From: Ostreococcus lucimarinus
Taxonomy: Eukaryota
Assembly: GCA_000092065.1 (NCBI GenBank)
Contig: CP000588.1
Strand: one strand, 5' to 3'
DNA length: 64,000 nt
This document shows, one piece after another, positions 1 to 9,521 of the stretch (position 1 is the first letter of the stretch; the number at the start of each line of letters is the position of its first letter). The notes under the pieces were generated by a model that worked only from the letters and a program-made list of their open reading frames with translations, was not told the origin of the DNA and ran no database searches. The position numbers were made by a program, and so were the translations under genes.

Positions 1-481
1 GTTTCGCTCGCGCGCGACGCGCCTCGCGACGCGTCCGTCGCGCTCGCGCCCGCGAAACGAAGCAAATTTGCGTTTCGCAGTTTCAGCGCCGCGGCGAGCG
101 CGCTTCGACGCGCGTCGTCGTCTTCACCGGCGGTCGACATTGCACGCACCGCGCGCGCAAATTCACCGCGCGTCGCGCGCGCGAACGACGAAGGCGACGC
201 CCGGGACGCGGACGCGATGCGCGCGCAATCACGGAACGCTCTCGAGCGAACGCGCGCGCCGAACGACATGCGTCGGCGAGTGTCAGTCGGCGCGGCGACG
301 AGCGCTCGGTCGACGCGTCGCGAACGAGTCGAAGAGTTGATTTCGTCGCGTCGAAAGACCGAGCGTGAATGAATTAATACATCAAAGATAAAGTTCGCGC
401 GCTCGTCCGCGGCGCGCGATGACTCGCGAACGCGCGGGCGCGCGCGCGACCCGACGTCGCGTTCGCCTCGGCTCGGCCGCG

Positions 482-971
482 CTATCCGCCGAGCTGCTTA
501 TTCGCCAACAACACCAACAATCCTTGTTTCCCCAACAAAATCTCATTCATAAAACTAATCATCCCGACCCAGATGATCGGCGAGACGTCCACCCCCCCCA
601 CCGGCGGCACGAGCGCGCGCGTGGGCTTGAGCAAAGGCTCCGTCGGCGCGTACGCCAAGACCCACGGCAACTTCGTGTACGGCACGCTCGGATACCACGT
701 CATGACGATGCGCACGATGAACAAAATCGTGCTCAGCGCGAACAACGGTCCCAGCACCGCGCTCGCCGTCTTCGCGCCCTCCGGATCGAGCGCGAGTTCG
801 CTCACCAGCTGCGCCGCCGACGCCGCGCCCGCGTTCGTCGCCGCGAGCGCCGCCGCGCTCAGCGCCAGCGCGTCCGTCGCGCGCCGCGTCGTCCGTTCGC
901 TCCCTCGCGCCCGCGTCGTCGTCATCGTCTCTGTCACCGCCGCGTCGTCGTCCGTGCGGTTTCGTCGCGCC

Positions 972-1006
<35 letters not shown>

Positions 1007-1108
1007 GCGCGTCGTCACCATCCGCGTCGTCCCTCGTCGTCGTCGCGTCGCGCGCGCGACCGCGCCCGCGTCGCCGCCGACGCGCGCGCGCGCGCACCGA
1101 AGCATCAT
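482..1108 (-). CDS. YggT/Ycf19-family integral membrane protein (plastid-type) with transit-peptide-like N-terminus
   Basis: The C-terminal part of the 482..1729 minus ORF reads ...FIVRIVMTWYPSVPYTKLPWVLAYAPTEPLLKPTRALVPPVGGVDVSPIIWVGMISF..., the YggT signature (SW-P ... TEP-L-P-R ... PP-GG-D-SP). The start is placed at MML (ATG 1106-1108, 'catcat' on plus). The rest of the 415-aa ORF upstream is Arg-rich and antisense to the MAPK gene. It includes a poly-Thr tract from an (ACG)n repeat. Confidence 0.55.
975..1004. repeat. (GTC)10 trinucleotide microsatellite, lies inside YggT coding region (poly-Thr on minus strand)
   Basis: Direct reading: gtcgtcgtcgtcgtcgtcgtcgtcgtcgtc at 975-1004. Confidence 0.8.
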
Positions 1109-1228
1109 CGCTCGCCCCGTCGTCGCCCGCGCGTCGTCGCTTCCTCTCGCGCGGTGAAGTGCCGCGCGCGCGTCGGCCCGACGCCATTCGATCGCGCGAT
1201 CGCGCGCGCGCGACGACGCGACGACGCG

Positions 1229-2746
1229 ATGAGCGACGCGCGCGCGCGCGACGACGCCGCCGACGACGCGCGCGCGGCGTCGTCGTCGACGAAACCGACG
1301 AACGCGACGGAATTCTTCGCCAATCTGCGCGAATCGTCGAACGAGTCGGCGCGGTACGAGCTCGAGGAAGTCATCGGAAAGGGGAGCTACGGCGTCGTGT
1401 GCGCGGCGATCGATCGACAGACGGGGAACAGGGTCGCGATAAAGAAGGTCAAGAACGCGTTCGATCACGCGAGCGACGCGACGCGGATCCTGCGAGAGGT
1501 GACGCTGTTGCGACACCTGAAGCACCCCGACATTGTGGAGGTGTTGAACATCATGTTGCCGCCGAACCCGAGGGATTTTAACGATGTCTTCATCGTGTTC
1601 GAGCTCATGGAGACGGATTTGCATCAAGTCATCAAGGCGAACGATGACTTGACGGACGAACACTATCAGTTCTTCTTGTATCAACTGTTGCGCGGGTTGA
1701 AGTACATGCACAGCGCCAACGTCTTTCACAGAGACTTGAAGCCGAAGAATATTTTGGCCAACAGCGACTGTAAGCTCAAGATTTGTGATTTTGGCTTGGC
1801 GCGGGCGATGACCGCTAAAGCTGGACCGCAGATGATATTCTGGACCGACTACGTCGCGACGAGATGGTACCGCGCGCCAGAGTTGTGCGGGAGTTTCTTC
1901 ACCAAGTACACGCCGGCGATCGATATTTGGGGCGTCGGGTGCATTTTCGCCGAACTCTTGCGAGGGAAGCCGCTGTTTCCGGGTAAAAACGTTGTGAAGC
2001 AGTTAGAAATCATCACAGATCTACTCGGGACGCCGACGCCGCTGCAAATCGCCAAGGTTCGCAATGAAAAGGCGAGACGGTTTTTACAAAACATGCGTAT
2101 CAAACCCGCGGTGCCGCTATCGGAGAAATTCCCTGGCGTCGACCCCAAGGCGCTGAACTTGCTTAGTAAATTATTAGCATTTGATCCGGACGATCGCCCC
2201 ACCGCCGCGCAGGCGCTGGCAGATCCGTACTTTGACGGTTTAGCGGACGTCTCGCGAGAGCCGGCGCGACGACCGTTGCCGAAGGATGAATTTGATTGGG
2301 ACTCTCGGAAGCTGTCTCGCGAAGAAGTTCGCGAGCTTCTGTACAAGGAGATTCTACACTATCATCCGCAGGCCAAGCGCGAGTACGAGGGCAACGAAAA
2401 GAAGAGTGGGTTTGACTATCCGAGCGGCGTTTCGGACATGGCGCATAAGTTCAATTCGCTCGAGCAGGGCGGTCCCGAGACGCGTTTCCAAACTTCCAAG
2501 TCCCTTCCCAAGCACGCACTGGGCGCTTATCGCGAAGAAGCACAGCGATTCGCCGGCGGCGTCCACGCTCTGGCGCGCTCGGACAGCGCCAAACCGGGCG
2601 CGTCGCCAAGCGCCATGGACGCCGCGGACGACGACTTTGATTTGGCCGACGTCGTCCAAGCAATGTCGCTCGACGCCAAAGAAGCCGACGCCATCGCGAA
2701 GGAGGCGGAAGCTCTATTGGCCAGCGGACACGAGATCGCCATGTGA
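1229..2746 (+). CDS. Mitogen-activated protein kinase, TDY activation-loop type (plant group-D-like) with long C-terminal extension
   Basis: It reads YELEEVIGKGSYGVVCAA, VAIKK, HRDLKPKNIL, DFGLAR and the activation loop TDYVATRWYRAPE (TDY motif). ATG at 1229 is in frame with the 419..2746 ORF. The upstream 419-1228 part of that ORF is Arg-rich and antisense to YggT, so it was not taken as coding. N-terminus FFANL...RYELEEVIGKGSYG resembles plant group D MAPKs. Confidence 0.85.
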   Translation: MSDARARDDAADDARAASSSTKPTNATEFFANLRESSNESARYELEEVIGKGSYGVVCAAIDRQTGNRVAIKKVKNAFDHASDATRILREVTLLRHLKHPDIVEVLNIMLPPNPRDFNDVFIVFELMETDLHQVIKANDDLTDEHYQFFLYQLLRGLKYMHSANVFHRDLKPKNILANSDCKLKICDFGLARAMTAKAGPQMIFWTDYVATRWYRAPELCGSFFTKYTPAIDIWGVGCIFAELLRGKPLFPGKNVVKQLEIITDLLGTPTPLQIAKVRNEKARRFLQNMRIKPAVPLSEKFPGVDPKALNLLSKLLAFDPDDRPTAAQALADPYFDGLADVSREPARRPLPKDEFDWDSRKLSREEVRELLYKEILHYHPQAKREYEGNEKKSGFDYPSGVSDMAHKFNSLEQGGPETRFQTSKSLPKHALGAYREEAQRFAGGVHALARSDSAKPGASPSAMDAADDDFDLADVVQAMSLDAKEADAIAKEAEALLASGHEIAM

Positions 2747-2850
2747 GCGACGCTCACGGCGGCGACTACGTGGTAACTAACTTACTAAATCAGTCTTGTA
2801 CAAAAAAAAAAGCATTCCTTTTTGTCTCGACTTCATTCCGAGGCGCCGCC

Positions 2851-3387
2851 ATGGGAGCCTCCCACTCCGCCCCGACGCCCGACGTGGACGACGTGCAAAG
2901 CTTAGATCAACTCCCGAGCGCGCGCACGGCCACCGGCGAGGACTTCGACTTCAAATCGACGCGCAATAAGGTCACCCTAGTCGTCAACGTGGCGAGTGCT
3001 TGCGGGCTCACGACGAAAAACTATGCGGATTTCGCATCTCTGCAGGACCGATTCGGCGACGATCTAGTCATCCTGGCGTTCCCGTGCAATCAGTTCTTGT
3101 TCCAGGAGAGCGGGAGCTCGAAGTCGATCTGCGCGTTCGCGCAAAAGCGTGGCTTCAAGGGCACCGTTTTTGAGAAATGCAAGGTGAACGGCAAGGCGGC
3201 GTCGCACGTGTTTCGTTGGCTGAAGCGCGCGCAGCGCGTGAGGCGCGTGCAGTGGAATTTCGGGAAGTTTTTAGTGGATAGAAAAGGACGCGTGCGCGGG
3301 TATTTTTCTCCGCACACGCGGCCCATGGAGTTCGAGGACGCGATAAAGGCGCTGTTAGACGAGCCAGTCGACGCGGACGCGAGTTAG
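2851..3387 (+). CDS. GPX: Glutathione peroxidase (Cys-type, non-selenoprotein) with N-terminal MGxxxS N-myristoylation-like motif
   Basis: Reads VNVASACGLT (active-site Cys), LAFPCNQF, WNFGKFLVD, the GPX signatures. ATG at 2851 (MGASHSAP) is in frame with ORF 2743..3387. Confidence 0.8.
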   Translation: MGASHSAPTPDVDDVQSLDQLPSARTATGEDFDFKSTRNKVTLVVNVASACGLTTKNYADFASLQDRFGDDLVILAFPCNQFLFQESGSSKSICAFAQKRGFKGTVFEKCKVNGKAASHVFRWLKRAQRVRRVQWNFGKFLVDRKGRVRGYFSPHTRPMEFEDAIKALLDEPVDADAS

Positions 3388-3425
3388 GTGGTCGGACGGA
3401 TAGAAGATGGATGTCGGAGGTAATG

Positions 3426-3430
3426 TTACA
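3426..3430 (-). promoter_or_regulatory. TGTAA green-algal type poly(A) signal ~50 nt downstream of NOP56 stop
   Basis: Plus strand ttaca at 3426-3430 gives TGTAA on the minus strand. The NOP56 stop is at 3477-3479. Confidence 0.35.
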
Positions 3431-3476
3431 CACAAAATTCGTTAATTCGATCGATATCGGATCGATTATTCGCCTT

Positions 3477-4010
3477 CTAGGCCTTCGCCTTCTTGGCGGA
3501 CTTTTCTTTCTTGTCCTTCTTTTCCTTCTTGGACTTCTTCGGAGTCGCCGTCGCAGAGTCGGTCGCCTTTCGCTTGCCGCCGCCGCCCGCCTGCGGGCCG
3601 ATCTCGGCGATCACCTCTTGCATCATGGCGATATTCTTACGCGGTGCCGTGCCCTTGTCGTAAAATGCCAATCGCTCTTCGACTTGATCCTTCAACTTTT
3701 CGCCGAACAAGGTGGTTTGGAAGTCGCTAAAGCAGTCAATTCTGCTTGCGATGCTACACTTGTTGGCTAAGTATCGAGAAATTCTCCCCTTGTTTCGCGC
3801 GTTCGCCTTGCCGATGAACGTGCTGTGGAAAATCAAACCGTACTTGGGCGTGTTCCCCTTGGTCTTCAGCGCGCGGAAGAGCGCTTTTTCGGCGCCGAGA
3901 ATTTGCACCGTCGACGCCGGGTACTTGGCTAAGTTCGTGAGCGAACCGGCGTGCGAAATCAAACGCGCGGCGATAATGTCACCGATCAACGCGCCCAGGT
4001 TCGGGGCCAC
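3477..4010 (-). CDS. NOP56: Nucleolar protein NOP56 (box C/D snoRNP), exon 2 of 2
   Basis: Reads [90 protein letters not shown], near-identical to NOP56. C-terminal [10 protein letters not shown] tail. Acceptor ...tactggcag|GTGGCC at 4011/4010. Confidence 0.8.
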   Translation of the reverse strand: MAPNLGALIGDIIAARLISHAGSLTNLAKYPASTVQILGAEKALFRALKTKGNTPKYGLIFHSTFIGKANARNKGRISRYLANKCSIASRIDCFSDFQTTLFGEKLKDQVEERLAFYDKGTAPRKNIAMMQEVIAEIGPQAGGGGKRKATDSATATPKKSKKEKKDKKEKSAKKAKA

Positions 4011-4252
4011 CTGCCAGTACGATAAAACGATAAAAATGGTCAGTGTCTTCGTTCGGGTTGTTTTGATGAAAAATTTCCGCGTCGACGTTGTTCCCCACAG
4101 ACGCGAGTCAGAGTGGTGCATGAATTGTTTCAACAAGGTAATTCAGATCAGGTCTGTGATTGGTGTATCATAATCATCAACCCCACGAACTGCGAGAGAA
4201 TCATTGGCGATTGATCGGTACGAGCGTTCGTCGCGCGCTTCGAAATACTTAC
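4011..4252 (-). other. NOP56: Spliceosomal intron of NOP56 (242 nt, GTAAGT...CAG)
   Basis: ORFs 4148..5122 and 3477..4136 are in different frames. Homology jumps from ...YLNNKMSV to VAPNLGA. Donor ATGAGTGTG|GTAAGT on minus strand at 4253/4252. Confidence 0.7.
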
Positions 4253-5122
4253 CACACTCATCTTGTTGTTCAAGTAGTTGTGAAGACTGGTTCGGTACTC
4301 GGCGAGGGAAATGACGCGCTTGGCGAAGGACTCAATGTTGATCATGTCCACCGGTGAGATGTCTTGACCCATCGACGCTTTGGCTGCCTCGATCACTTCT
4401 TTAGCCTTGTCCTCGTCCCCGGTGATTTCCTTCAACGCCGGCATCGCCTCATCGGTGAGCGTCGCCTTGTCCTTGATCACGAGCGCCAGTCTCGCGTACA
4501 TGTAGTTGTCGTTGACGACTTTGACGAGCTCGGGAAAGTGCCAACCGTACCATTCGCGCACGCGCATGATGAAGGTGTTGATGTCCTTATCGAGCGTGTC
4601 GATCAGCGCGATGGCCTGGATGATCATGTTATCCGATCGGTTCACGTTGAACTTGACCTTGGCGCGAGAGTACGAGTGCGCCAAGCCGAGTTGCGCCTTT
4701 TCGTAGTCGCCACCCTTGAAACCCTTGACAAACTTTGTGAAATACGCGCGAATGCCCCGAATAATCTCACCGACGTGATCGTTGCACACGCACGGAATCT
4801 TCGTCGTCTCCACGATCGAGTTCCCGAGCTTGGAGTCCGCGACGCCGAGCTGAAACTTGGCCTTTTTAGAATCCTTCAACTTTGGCAAGTTTTGCTCTAA
4901 AAAGTTTTGCAAATCCTCCGAGGCCACGCCCTCGGACACGCAATTAATCTGCTCCAGCGCGTTCGCCGCCGACGTAAACGGTTTAAACCCGTGCAATTTC
5001 ACAACCTTCCCGAACTTATCCGCGCTCTGCGTCGTCTCCTGCACCTTCTCCAGCGCCTGTCCCACGACGTCCAAATCCAGCGTCTCGAACAACCCGTACC
5101 CCGACGAGGACTCGAACAGCAC
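4253..5122 (-). CDS. NOP56: Nucleolar protein NOP56, exon 1 of 2
   Basis: Reads MLFESSSGYGLFE...LGLAHSYSRAKVKFNVNRSDNMIIQAIALIDTLDKDINTFIMRVREWYGWHFPELVKVVNDN..., matching the NOP56 (not NOP58) core. Confidence 0.8.
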
Positions 5123-5487
5123 GAACTGCGCCTGTTCGCGTCACCGATCGCGCGTCGCGCGTCTCCGTCAGTCTCCGCGCGTCTCCGATCGTCCCGCGCG
5201 CGTCGCGCGCGCTCGCATCGCGCGCTCCCGTCGCGTCTTCGTTCCGCGGAGGTTTACGCCGCGATCGTCCTCGCGCGCGTTTCACCGCCGTCTCGCGCGT
5301 CGCCGTCTCGCGCGCCGTCTCGCGCGCCGCGTCTCCCACCGCCGCGTCGCGCATCGCGTCTCGCGTCTCGCGTCGCGTCGCGTCGCACCATGATCGCCGT
5401 TCCGCGCCGTCGTCGCGCGCCGCGCAATGCGGCGGAATCGGCCCGGCGGCGCGCCGCGACGCGCGTCGCACTGTTTGCGCACACACG

Positions 5488-8148
5488 ATGAGTGATGACT
5501 CGAAGACGACGCACGGGGTACACGCGACGGATCGAGAGCGTCACTTTTACGCGTCGGCGACGCGCCGCGTCGGCGACGCGCCGACGCCGCGCTCGCGTCG
5601 TCGTCATTCCCGTCGCGCGGTCGCGCGGTCGGGACTCGTCGAACGATCGGTCGCGCGCCGAGGTGTCGCGACCCGCACTCGCCGCCGCGCGCGTTCGTTC
5701 CGCGCGCGCGCGATGCCGCTGCGACGCGACTACGCGAGCGCGGGCGCGAACCGCGGGACGCGATGCGCGACGTTCGCGCGCTGCGGACGCGCGACGGTGC
5801 ACTGCGGCGGCGACGGCGCGCACGCGCGCGCGATGGACGACGGAGGCGCGACGACGACGACGCGAGGCGCGGGCGCGCGCGCGACGTGCGTCGAAACGCT
5901 CGACGACGGACGAATCGTCGTCGGCGACGCGCTCGGGCGCGTGCGGGCGCGCGCGCCGGGCGAGGACGGGGGCGAGGGGGCGGTCGGGAGGCACGCGCGA
6001 GGACCGGTGCGGGACGTCGCGGCGGCGACGCGCGGGACCTTCGTCACGTGCGCGGACGACGGGGACGTCATCGCGTGGGCGACGCCGGAGAGGAACGAGA
6101 GCGGCGAAGAATTGAGAGAAATTGGGAGGTTGACGATGGCGAGCGCGAGCGCGCCGCTGTGCGCGGCGGTGACGCGCGCGCCGGGCGTCGAGGAGCGACG
6201 CGTGCTCGCCGTCGGGTGCGTCGACGGACGGACGCGGGTGTACGCGTGCGATTTCACGAACGAGGGCGCGGTGACGTTCGAGGCGTGCGGGGTTTTGGAC
6301 GGGCACGCGGATTGGGTGCGCGGCGTCGCCTTCGCGCCGACGAGGCGCGACGACGCCGTCTTCTTAGCGACGGCGAGTCAGGACCGCACCGCGAGGGTGT
6401 GGCGCGTGCAAACCGTGCCCGCGGACGGCGCGCGGGCGTCGAAGGACGCCGCGCCGTTCGCGCGTCTCGCCGCGCCGCCGGAGCCACCGAGCGCGGTGCT
6501 CGTCGGCCGGCGCGTGAAGACGTCGCTCGAGAGCTTGCTCATCGGACACGAGGATTGGGTCACGTCCGTGGCGTGGCACCCGGACGCGTCGAAGATGGTT
6601 TTGATGACGGCGAGCATGGATCGCTCGCTCGTGCTTTGGTCTCCGGCGGGCGCGCCGTGGACGAGCGAAGAGGCTGGCAGCGAGCTTTGGATGAGCTCGA
6701 CGTCCTTGGGCGAGGCGGCGGCGGTGTGCTTGGGGTACTACGGCGCGTCGTTTTCGCCCGACGGCGACGCGATAATGGCCAACAGTCACGGCGGCGCCCT
6801 ACACCAGTGGCTGCGCGACGACGATGGGTCGTGGCGTGCGATTCCGGGAACGTCTGGACACACGATGCGCGTGACGTGCTTGCGCTGGGACACCGCCGGT
6901 CGATGGCTCATGTCCGGCGGCGGAGATCAAACCGTCCGCGTGCACGCGCCGTGGCACGGCGACGGTCCGAAAGGTTGGCGCCAAATCGCTCGACCGCAAG
7001 TGCACGGCCACGACATCGTGTGTTTTGCTACGATGCACGACGACGCGGGGACGACGACGTACGTCAGCGGGGCGGATGAAAAGGTGTTGCGAGTTTTCGA
7101 AGCCCCCGGCACGTTCTTAGGAACCGTGATCAATAGTTTAGGAAACACGGACCCCGTCGCCGCGGCCGCGCTGACCAAGGCGAAGAACCTTTCTCTCGAG
7201 TCGCTCGGCGCCGAACTTCCCGCGCTCGGGTTGTCGAACAAGGCGCTTCGAGGCGCGGACGCGGAGGACTTGCCGAGCGACGTCGCGGGTCTTCGCGCGC
7301 AGGCGGCGCAGCAGGAAGGTTTAATCGAGGAATACAACGCGCGCGGCGTCGAAGCCATCACACCGCAGGCGCTCACGCACCCGCCACTCGAAGAAGTCCT
7401 CGCACAGGCGACGCTTTGGCCCGAAACGCGAAAATTGTACGGACATGGCAACGAAATTCGCGCCGTCGCCGCGCATCCGAGTGGCGATTTGATCGCTTCG
7501 GCGTCGAACGCGCTCACGGCGGCTTCGGCGGCTATTTGGGTCTGGTCGCGCGGACAGAACTGGAAGCCACTCGGAACTCTCAGCGGCGCGACACTCACGG
7601 TGACCGCGTTAGAGTTTACGCCGAGAAACGCCGCGCGAGATTACCTTCTCGCTGCGAGCCGCGACAGGCACGTCTGCCTGTTTGCGCCGTCGTCGCGCGA
7701 CGCGCCTCGAGGAGAATTCGGTGACGACGGGTGGCGCTTGCTGACGCGCTTCAAGGCGCACGATCGCGAGATATACGCCGCGTCTTGGGCGCCGTGCGGC
7801 GCTTTATTCGCCACAGCGGGGCGGGACAAAAAGGTGAAGATTTGGCGCGTCGTCGACGACGCGTGCGAGCCCGCGTGCGAGCTTCCCAAATTCACCGCCG
7901 CGCCGACGGCGATGGCGTTCGCGTCCGACCCCGACGCTCCACTCGCGATCGCAATCGGCTTCGACGACGGTGGGATCGAAGTCCACGTCGCATCCGCCGA
8001 CGCCGCGTCTTGGACGTTGTCGTCTCGCGCGTCCGCGAACGATCGTCACGGCGCCGCCGTGCGCGCCGTCGCGTGGCGTCCCGGCTCCTCCGCCGTCTTC
8101 GCCTCCGCCGGCGACGACCACGCCGTGCACGTGTACGAACACGAGTAA
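5488..8148 (+). CDS. ELP2: Elongator complex protein 2 (ELP2), WD40 repeat protein
   Basis: Multiple WD repeats. The C-terminal block LYGHGNEIRAVAAHPSGDLIASAS...AAIWVWS...LTVTALEFTP...LLAASRDRHVCLF aligns to the ELP2-specific region (LYGHGYEIFCV...AAIILWNT...SRDRTWSLW). The ORF begins at ATG 5488. The first ~110 codons are Arg-rich and the real start may be ATG 5713 or 5833 (both in frame). Confidence 0.7.
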   Translation: MSDDSKTTHGVHATDRERHFYASATRRVGDAPTPRSRRRHSRRAVARSGLVERSVARRGVATRTRRRARSFRARAMPLRRDYASAGANRGTRCATFARCGRATVHCGGDGAHARAMDDGGATTTTRGAGARATCVETLDDGRIVVGDALGRVRARAPGEDGGEGAVGRHARGPVRDVAAATRGTFVTCADDGDVIAWATPERNESGEELREIGRLTMASASAPLCAAVTRAPGVEERRVLAVGCVDGRTRVYACDFTNEGAVTFEACGVLDGHADWVRGVAFAPTRRDDAVFLATASQDRTARVWRVQTVPADGARASKDAAPFARLAAPPEPPSAVLVGRRVKTSLESLLIGHEDWVTSVAWHPDASKMVLMTASMDRSLVLWSPAGAPWTSEEAGSELWMSSTSLGEAAAVCLGYYGASFSPDGDAIMANSHGGALHQWLRDDDGSWRAIPGTSGHTMRVTCLRWDTAGRWLMSGGGDQTVRVHAPWHGDGPKGWRQIARPQVHGHDIVCFATMHDDAGTTTYVSGADEKVLRVFEAPGTFLGTVINSLGNTDPVAAAALTKAKNLSLESLGAELPALGLSNKALRGADAEDLPSDVAGLRAQAAQQEGLIEEYNARGVEAITPQALTHPPLEEVLAQATLWPETRKLYGHGNEIRAVAAHPSGDLIASASNALTAASAAIWVWSRGQNWKPLGTLSGATLTVTALEFTPRNAARDYLLAASRDRHVCLFAPSSRDAPRGEFGDDGWRLLTRFKAHDREIYAASWAPCGALFATAGRDKKVKIWRVVDDACEPACELPKFTAAPTAMAFASDPDAPLAIAIGFDDGGIEVHVASADAASWTLSSRASANDRHGAAVRAVAWRPGSSAVFASAGDDHAVHVYEHE

Positions 8149-8286
8149 CCCTAGCATTTTAGTCCATCGGAAACGTCGTAGCCACGTCGCCGCCTTCGCC
8201 TTCGCGCGTCGTCGCTCGTCGCCACTTCGCGCCTCGCGTCGAAGCCCGCGACGTCGTCCGCGCTCGACCGAGCGATTTCGCGCCCC

Positions 8287-8886
8287 ATGCGACCCGACGC
8301 GTGCGTTCGCGTCGCCGCGCGCGCGCTCTCGACTCGAGCGAGCGCCGGCGCGCCGTCGACGTCGTCGCCCCGCGCCGGTCCCGTCACCATCGCCCTGCGC
8401 GCGTTCGTCGCCGGCTGCACGCTCTACGCCTGCGACGCCGCGCTGGACGATTACGTGTTACTCGGCGTCGCGAAATCGCTCGCGCGCGAGCGCTCGACGA
8501 TCGACGACGACGCGCGGCTTCGCGAGGCGCTCGGCGACGACTACGCCGACGACGGCGCGTGGTGGAAATCGACGGTGTCGCGAGGCGGACGAAGCGACGT
8601 CGCGCGGGTGGTTTGGACGATCGAGGGCGCGAAAGCGGCGTGCGACGTCACGCTGACGATGCTGAACCGACGCGCGGAGCGGGAATCGGGATTGGGATGG
8701 ACGCGGTTCGCGCCGCCGAGTTTGGCGCACGCCGCGCTCGGGACGTCGATGTGGACGGCGTTCGCGGTGGATTGTTCGCTCCCGACGACGCGCGGGGGCG
8801 GGAGAAGCGCGCTCGTCAGTTTAATGCGCGACGTCGACGCCGCCGCCGACGGCGCGTCGGCCGCGAAAGTCGAAAAGAAATCGTAG
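8287..8886 (+). CDS. Hypothetical protein (199 aa) with transit-peptide-like N-terminus; family not recognised
   Basis: ATG-initiated ORF with balanced composition (W, Y, F, C present) in the 830-bp gap between ELP2 and the thioredoxin-like gene. An overlapping frame 7970..8656 is Pro/Arg-rich junk. Confidence 0.35.
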   Translation: MRPDACVRVAARALSTRASAGAPSTSSPRAGPVTIALRAFVAGCTLYACDAALDDYVLLGVAKSLARERSTIDDDARLREALGDDYADDGAWWKSTVSRGGRSDVARVVWTIEGAKAACDVTLTMLNRRAERESGLGWTRFAPPSLAHAALGTSMWTAFAVDCSLPTTRGGGRSALVSLMRDVDAAADGASAAKVEKKS

Positions 8887-8978
8887 CCGCGTTGCATTGC
8901 CCTATCGTCGCTCGCGCTCGTCGCCCGACGTCGCGAATCGTCGCCTCGCGCGTTCGCCGACCGCGCGTTCGCCCTCGA

Positions 8979-9404
8979 TCAATCGCGCGCCCTCTCCAAA
9001 TAATGCTCCACGAACGTCGCCAGCGCGTCGTACGTCGCCGCGCGGCTCGTCCCGTACTCGCGTCCCAGCTCGTCGCCGTCGCCCGGGACGTAATACTTGA
9101 TCGTCGGAAACCGCGTCGCGCGCTGCCACGCGCACACCTCCCGCGCCTCGCCGCAGTCGATCTCCAGGACGTCCACCGTTCGCTTTCGCACCGCGAACTC
9201 GTCGCGCAGCGCTTCCCAGTGCGGCTTCAGCGCCGCGCAGTGCGGACACCGCGCCATCGTGAACGCGACGACGACGGCGTCGCGCGTCTCCTGCTGCAGC
9301 ACGCGCTCGGCGAACGCGTCCACCGCGGTGACGTCGCCCGCCGCGACCGCGCGCGCGACGCACAGCGCGACGCACAGCGCGACGACGCCGACGCGTCGCG
9401 CCAT
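8979..9404 (-). CDS. Thioredoxin-fold / PDI-like secreted protein (signal peptide, CPHC active site)
   Basis: Reads MARRVGVVALCVALCVARAVAAG (signal peptide) ... VVAFTMARCPHCAALKPHWEAL ... FPTIKYYVPGDG. ATG at 9402-9404. Confidence 0.6.
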   Translation of the reverse strand: MARRVGVVALCVALCVARAVAAGDVTAVDAFAERVLQQETRDAVVVAFTMARCPHCAALKPHWEALRDEFAVRKRTVDVLEIDCGEAREVCAWQRATRFPTIKYYVPGDGDELGREYGTSRAATYDALATFVEHYLERARD

Positions 9405-9521
9405 TGTGACGTCCCGGCGCGACCGTTACGTCCCGTCCTCCATCGCGCCGCGCAGCGCGACGCGCGCGCGCTTCGGCGTCGCGCCGCGCGCGGCGACGCG
9501 CGCGACGACCGCCGCGACGCG

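Noticed and set aside
419-1228. N-terminal 270 codons of the 775-aa MAPK ORF
   Set aside because: Arg-rich low complexity, and it overlaps the real YggT gene on the opposite strand. The MAPK N-terminus matches plant group-D MAPKs starting at ATG 1229.
5254-6306. 350-aa minus-strand ORF (and many similar ORFs: 5492..6115, 5763..7079, 6927..7598) overlapping ELP2
   Set aside because: Extremely Arg/Ala-rich low-complexity translation, antisense or off-frame to a well-supported WD40 gene. Typical open-frame artefact of GC-rich DNA.
8301-9521. N-terminal 400 codons of the 1006-aa ankyrin/J-domain ORF
   Set aside because: Arg-rich. Overlaps the thioredoxin-like gene on the minus strand and the 8287..8886 ORF. 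The first protein-like Met is at 9522.
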